32,000 nucleotides of DNA, taken from assembly GCF_002310835.1 (NCBI RefSeq), contig NZ_CP011041.1:2580001-2612000 (forward strand). The letters are read 5' to 3'. The position numbers and the translations under genes were made by a program. Below the pieces are notes generated by a model. It was not told the DNA's origin and did not search any database. It worked only from the letters and a program-made list of their open reading frames with translations. The stretch comes from Pseudoalteromonas tetraodonis (GTDB lineage Bacteria; Pseudomonadota; Gammaproteobacteria; Enterobacterales; Alteromonadaceae). Below are positions 27,408 to 32,000 of this stretch, one piece after another; positions within the stretch are counted from its first letter, which is position 1; every line of letters begins with the position of its first letter.

Positions 27408-29888
27408 ATGGCTGAAGACGTATTGCTCAAGCATGAAGCGCTTGTAAATGAATTAAAACAGTATTTGGGAAATGCTAAGTTTGATCTCATTTTCAAGTCA
27501 AAAACCGCCGAGTTAAGCAAACCCGAGCAGTTTTTAATAAAAATGGAAATGTCGCGTTTATCTCAGCCGATAGACCGCTTTATTGATCTGCGAGGCTCAG
27601 TAACCGGCCAAGTAAAACCTTATGAGCATAACGGTAAACAACACTTTATGGATGACACCGCCATTGAAGTATTCGAAGCGGCAATAAAACAACATAAAGG
27701 CTACACCCTTGCCGTGTACGAAGCGGTGATGAACACCGAAAATAATTTTCGTGTTTTACAGCAAAAATCAACGACCACCCCGCCTAAAATAATTGAACCA
27801 TCACCCGAACTACCCACCGATGTAATTAAGTTTGCGGCTTATGAAAGTCGTAGCGAAGAGCGAATGAATTACTCAATTAAAATTACTATTGAGTACGATG
27901 AGCAAACAAAAATTGGAGCAAGTACTTCTGATATTTCACTCAGTGGCTGTAAAATTAAGTTGGCATCCCGCTATAACTTAAAAAAAGGTCAGCTTATTGT
28001 TATGCACTTAGTTGGCCTTGAACAAGATTTTGAGCTTGGGTTAAAAAATGGGATTGAATACGAAGTGGTTGCGATAGAAAACACCTCGGATGAATTTAAT
28101 CATATTCGCTTAAAACGCACATTTAAAGAAAACAACACCGCGTTTGACCATTTTTTAGAAAGCTTTATCCATGGCAATAAACGCCGCTACAAAGTGAACT
28201 TAGATAACACCCTCGATGCAGTTATTTCTAAAGGATACGAGCAATATTACATTCCTAGGGTCAATTCGCTATACGTTTTTATAAGTCAAAAAAACGGTGT
28301 TTATTATCCAAGCTTAAGTTTAACTACAGAAAACAGCTTATTTATTCAGCGTTACTTTACCGATGAGCGCAAAGTATCTTGCCTATACAGTGTGTTAAAC
28401 CATAAGCGTATTCGTAACTTGGCACTAAAACCTGTTGCTGTAAAAGAGGAATATTTATATACCTTTACCCATGTCTCTGCAGGAAAAATTTACTACTATT
28501 CAGCCACTCGTTCAGAGCTTGAGCAACATGCACAATTAAAAGCGTTATTTTTTGGTTTTGGTAGCCGAAGAGACAGTTGGCGCTGCTTTAAATTACAATT
28601 GATGCCAAGCCATACTGAAGATGCTTATATTCCTTTATCTTTACCTAACTCTTTGGGTAAGGATATTGAGAAACTTAATAAACCGCCTTCACCACGTGTT
28701 GAAGGCGCCATAAAAGACGTAAAATATTTAATGCTACTTACTCAAGTAGGTAATAAGCATGAACAACAGCATTATCAACAGTATGAATTTGATAAAGCCT
28801 TGGCCAATAAATTGAAATTGTTTGGCCACAGTAAGCATGCATCACCGCCGGAGCTAAATACCGTGCCGTTAGAGTACGTGAACCTTCGTTCTAATAAGCG
28901 TTACCTTTATAAAACCAGCGTCGTTATTAACACCCGTGACTCAGTACTGCATGGCCATACTCGGGACTTTTCAGTCTTTGGTTTACAGCTAGAGTGTAAT
29001 CAAGAAGTAAACTTTAAAAAAGGCGATATCGTGTCGCTGTCATTCCCCGATTTACAAAAAATCACCAAAAGTTATTCATTAAGTCTTATTCAATATGAAG
29101 TGATGGCGGTAAGTAAATCGTTAACCACGATTAATTTAAAAGCACATGTAGAGAAAAAATTGCCTCATACTGGGGTCGATTTTTTTACTCTTTTAATTGA
29201 CAGCAATAAACAAAAATTAAAAATAGCAGAGGAGTCACCTAAAGTACCTGGGCTTTCTACAGCACTTAGAAATATGGTAACCAAAACACTTTGCCAGTTC
29301 CCAATATACTTACATAAATCAATGGCTCACTTTGAAATTGGCGCCATGGGATTTGGTTTATATCCAAGCCCTCTGCATGTTATTTTACAAAATTTTTCAC
29401 TGCTAAATACTAAAACAGACTTATCAAATATTATTACTAAAGCGCACATTGCTGATGTGATCACTCCGAATATTAAAGAGCGATCTCGCCAAGACTCGCC
29501 ATTAGAATTTAGTTTGGTGATTAACTTCGATCCTAAAAAAGAAAATATAGCCGATGCAATTACCAGTCAGTGTATTTTAGGCACCGACTGCAGCGAGTTT
29601 AAACAGCAAATAAGTAAAGGGCTGAAGTCTGAGCTGGTTTTTATAATGCGTTTATATATTTCACGTACTGGTCGACTCGATACTGACTACTTAGCAAATG
29701 AGCTAAAATACGTTAGCCAATACGCAATTCACAAGGCTAAAGACTTAGAGGATGCCTTGTGGTCAGTATCGGGAGTTGGCGATATTATTGATGTAAGTGA
29801 CGAAGCCCTTGTACATTTATCGCTCAACCAACAACAGGTTGAGCAAATGTCTAGGCGAAAACTAATTTGGTTAAACCGTTTACGTTAA
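27408..29888 (+). CDS. large (826 aa) protein with two PilZ domains, predicted c-di-GMP receptor
   Basis: PilZ signature 1: RSEER (nt 27849-27863), then 22 aa, then DISLSG (27930-27947). PilZ signature 2: RSNKR (28887-28901), then 21 aa, then DFSVFG (28965-28982). Both fit RxxxR...(D/N)xSxxG. The rest of the protein has no motif I recognise. Confidence 0.8.
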   Translation: MAEDVLLKHEALVNELKQYLGNAKFDLIFKSKTAELSKPEQFLIKMEMSRLSQPIDRFIDLRGSVTGQVKPYEHNGKQHFMDDTAIEVFEAAIKQHKGYTLAVYEAVMNTENNFRVLQQKSTTTPPKIIEPSPELPTDVIKFAAYESRSEERMNYSIKITIEYDEQTKIGASTSDISLSGCKIKLASRYNLKKGQLIVMHLVGLEQDFELGLKNGIEYEVVAIENTSDEFNHIRLKRTFKENNTAFDHFLESFIHGNKRRYKVNLDNTLDAVISKGYEQYYIPRVNSLYVFISQKNGVYYPSLSLTTENSLFIQRYFTDERKVSCLYSVLNHKRIRNLALKPVAVKEEYLYTFTHVSAGKIYYYSATRSELEQHAQLKALFFGFGSRRDSWRCFKLQLMPSHTEDAYIPLSLPNSLGKDIEKLNKPPSPRVEGAIKDVKYLMLLTQVGNKHEQQHYQQYEFDKALANKLKLFGHSKHASPPELNTVPLEYVNLRSNKRYLYKTSVVINTRDSVLHGHTRDFSVFGLQLECNQEVNFKKGDIVSLSFPDLQKITKSYSLSLIQYEVMAVSKSLTTINLKAHVEKKLPHTGVDFFTLLIDSNKQKLKIAEESPKVPGLSTALRNMVTKTLCQFPIYLHKSMAHFEIGAMGFGLYPSPLHVILQNFSLLNTKTDLSNIITKAHIADVITPNIKERSRQDSPLEFSLVINFDPKKENIADAITSQCILGTDCSEFKQQISKGLKSELVFIMRLYISRTGRLDTDYLANELKYVSQYAIHKAKDLEDALWSVSGVGDIIDVSDEALVHLSLNQQQVEQMSRRKLIWLNRLR

Positions 29889-30910
29889 CCCTGTGATGGA
29901 TTTAGCGGAACCGCCAACATATACAGCAATTGTAATAACGAGCCTTGGCAAATAGCCGCTTGGGCTTGTTCAACTACTTTAGGTTTGCCATGCACAGCAA
30001 CGCCTAATCCTGCTTGAGCCATCATTTTTAAATCATTTGCGCCATCACCAATGGCAACTGTTTGCGTTTTTTCAAGGCCTAGTTTTTGTTGAAGCGATTC
30101 TAAAATAACCGCTTTTTGCTCAGCATCAACAATGCCTCCTAACACCTTACCTGTTAGTTTATCGTCTTTAAATTCCAATACATTGGCATGCACTTCATCT
30201 AAATTAATTAACTCTTGTACACGCTCTGCAAACGGCACAAACCCGCCTGATGCAATGGCTAAATACCATTGGTGGTGCTTTAAAATTTGGCACAATGCTT
30301 TAATACCCGGCATTAAAGGCAGTGCACTTTTTAGATCATCAATTAAGCTTTTTTCAATCCCTTTTAGCTTGGCAACGCGTTGGTTTAAACTCTCACTAAA
30401 ATCAAGCTTACCTGCCATTGCCTGCGCGGTCACACTGGCAACCTCGTCATATACATTGGCTAAACGCGCAATTTCATCAATGCACTCAATAGTAATGGCT
30501 GTTGAATCCATATCCATTACCAATAATCCTGGTTTTTTTAAATCAGGGGGATTGGTTACTTGCACTAACTGACACGTCAAGGTATTTGCAAAAGTTTGAA
30601 GTTCAAGTGGGTTTATTGCCTGCTCTGTATTTTCTATATAAAAACATAATGCCGGAGATAACCCTAAATCTGGCTGGTATTGGCACATTGCTGTCACATT
30701 TTGCTGATGAGTGGCAAAAAATTCAATCATGCTATTAATATGCGCCATACTAAAATCGCCTGCAAATGCGATACTAAAAAGCCCTCGTTCTCTGCTTGGA
30801 ATTGTATTTAAAGGTGCAAATACGCCCTTTTGATAGCTGAACCATTTATTTAGGGTAAGTTGTGATAATGGTTGCTCAGCGCTGTGCTGTGCCATGTTCG
30901 CGTTCGACAT
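29885..30910 (-). CDS. serB: phosphoserine phosphatase
   Basis: HAD motifs LLVMDMDSTAITIECIDEIA (DxDST), ASGGF and GDGANDL. I chose the ATG at 30910 (GGAG 5-6 nt upstream) over the tracked start at 30937, which has no SD. Confidence 0.92.
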   Translation of the reverse strand: MSNANMAQHSAEQPLSQLTLNKWFSYQKGVFAPLNTIPSRERGLFSIAFAGDFSMAHINSMIEFFATHQQNVTAMCQYQPDLGLSPALCFYIENTEQAINPLELQTFANTLTCQLVQVTNPPDLKKPGLLVMDMDSTAITIECIDEIARLANVYDEVASVTAQAMAGKLDFSESLNQRVAKLKGIEKSLIDDLKSALPLMPGIKALCQILKHHQWYLAIASGGFVPFAERVQELINLDEVHANVLEFKDDKLTGKVLGGIVDAEQKAVILESLQQKLGLEKTQTVAIGDGANDLKMMAQAGLGVAVHGKPKVVEQAQAAICQGSLLQLLYMLAVPLNPSQG

Positions 30911-31052
30911 GGGATCTCCGTTTATATTTCCTGACATTTAGCGCATTGATGATAAGGATATAAGATACAAAATTCGCCATCAGGGTGGATTTAAGGTTAT
31001 AGTGTAGTTGTAACATCAAATCAAAATGCTGTCAGCAGCATATACGGTGACT

Positions 31053-31673
31053 ATGAAAAATAACCATCTTAAAAATCCACTTACAGCCTCGCAAAAAAAG
31101 CGTTTAGTCCGTTTGCTATTGGCCGCTGGCTGCTTTGTATTATTAAGCTGGGTGGGTATAAATAGTAGCTTTCAAAGTCATCAACTGCTTTACGATAATG
31201 CCAATAGCGCAGCTAAATCACTCACTCAGTTTATGGCACTGAATGCTAAAAATCCGCTGATAGAAAAAAACAAGCAGCAACTGACCACCTTATGCAACAA
31301 TATCAGTAAAGATGAATTTGTACTCTCGGCCACTATTTATGACAAACAAGGTGTGGTACTTGCGAGCAGCGATAATTGGCAATCGCATCATGTGTATGGC
31401 TTATTACCTGACTCATCACCGGGTATTAGTAGGTTAAAAACGCCTTTTGTTGAGCAAGTTATTTCAGACGACAACCGCCCTATTGGCTTTGTATCTATTA
31501 CCTATTTAACCCGTGCTGCGGTATCGGCTAGCCATAATCATTTTCATGATTTAGGTCGCCAAGTGCTACTTATGTTAGTGATTGCCTGTATTTTTACTTG
31601 GCAATTAGGCCGAGGATTAAAGCGCTGGCAAGTAAATCGTTATATACAAAAAACGTCTGAGCATGAATCATAA
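31053..31673 (+). CDS. ytjB: Smp/YtjB (AhpA)-family membrane protein
   Basis: Divergent from serB, as smp is in E. coli. It has an N-terminal TM (LLLAAGCFVLLSWVG), a periplasmic-type middle domain and a second TM near the C-terminus (VLLMLVIACIFTWQLG). The start is uncertain (31026 or 31053). Confidence 0.7.
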   Translation: MKNNHLKNPLTASQKKRLVRLLLAAGCFVLLSWVGINSSFQSHQLLYDNANSAAKSLTQFMALNAKNPLIEKNKQQLTTLCNNISKDEFVLSATIYDKQGVVLASSDNWQSHHVYGLLPDSSPGISRLKTPFVEQVISDDNRPIGFVSITYLTRAAVSASHNHFHDLGRQVLLMLVIACIFTWQLGRGLKRWQVNRYIQKTSEHES

Positions 31674-32000
31674 AGCTGCTCAGCTAATTGAAATTTATCG
31701 CTATTTGGTTTTAAACCATAAAGCGCATCAAATACGTTAGGAATATGCAGTGGGGTATTTACCTCCCCTTGATAGCCACTTAGCGGCATTGAAGGTGAGT
31801 CAGTTTCAAGCACTAAATGCTGCGGCTCAAGCTTTGCTATAACCGCACGTGTTTTAGCTGCACGCTCGTAAGTTATAACCCCACCGACTCCAAGTTTAAA
31901 ACCCTGCTTTATATAATAGTGCGCTTGTTGAATTGAGCCTGAAAAAGCATGGATCACACCGCCGTTTTTTGGCCTACAACGCTTAAACGACTGCGCAATT
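31640..32000 (-). CDS. TatD-family metal-dependent hydrolase (YjjV-like), C-terminal part; the N-terminus lies beyond the window
   Basis: The frame stays open to the window edge (...IAQSFKRCRPKNGGVIHAFSGSIQQAHYYIKQGFKLGVGGVITYERAAKTR...LVLETDSPSMPL). GVIHAFSGS and ETDSP are TatD-family motifs. The tracked M at 31957 is an internal GTG. Confidence 0.85.
   Translation of the reverse strand, partial: IAQSFKRCRPKNGGVIHAFSGSIQQAHYYIKQGFKLGVGGVITYERAAKTRAVIAKLEPQHLVLETDSPSMPLSGYQGEVNTPLHIPNVFDALYGLKPNSDKFQLAEQLYDSCSDVFCI

Noticed and set aside
1-32000. A scan for CRISPR repeats, tRNA/tmRNA-like sequences, IS inverted repeats, and integrase, transposase or phage genes.
   Set aside because: I could recognise none by eye. 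The only repeats are the small ones listed (REP pair, 68-bp gene-end copy, 56-nt spacer module, 81-bp rpoS duplication, heptamer x3). Eye scanning can miss short or degenerate elements.

Overview
Most of this window is core genome from a gammaproteobacterium. Gene order and protein sequences look Alteromonadales or Pseudoalteromonas-like, but that assignment is inference only.

Genes from left to right:
- recA (runs off the left edge) with a textbook LexA box, then pncC, divergent from mutS.
- mutS, convergent with rpoS.
- A co-directional minus-strand array from 11787 down to 4156: two unknown genes, ftsB, ispD, ispF, truD, surE, pcm, a YqaA/DedA-like gene, nlpD and rpoS.
- A plus-strand trio: DUF1653, a MoxR-type AAA+ ATPase and a CoxE-type VWA protein.
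- A small AT-rich spacer and islet holding REP-like palindromes, a relic copy of the VWA gene 3' end and an orphan membrane protein.
- An atypical Nramp-like transporter, raiA/hpf, ppnP and tkt.
- metK, preceded by a MetJ box.
- An unknown tail-anchored protein, 5-formyl-THF cyclo-ligase, rpiA and serA.
- An exported unknown protein and radA.
- An 826-aa protein with two intact PilZ motifs, then serB.
- smp/ytjB and a TatD-family hydrolase that runs off the right edge.

I found no rRNA, tRNA, CRISPR array, IS element, integrase, phage gene or recognisable defence gene. I cannot point to a convincing new multi-gene system.

Places worth a second look:
- The att-like duplicated gene end, REP pair and orphan gene at 14.1-15.2 kb.
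- The DUF1653-MoxR-VWA operon.
- The dual-PilZ gene between radA and serB.
- A tandem duplication of the rpoS translation start.
- A repeat- and hairpin-rich 430-bp spacer between tkt and ppnP.
- The Nramp-like protein, which lacks the canonical DPGN metal site.

All family assignments come from motif and homolog recall. No database search was possible.
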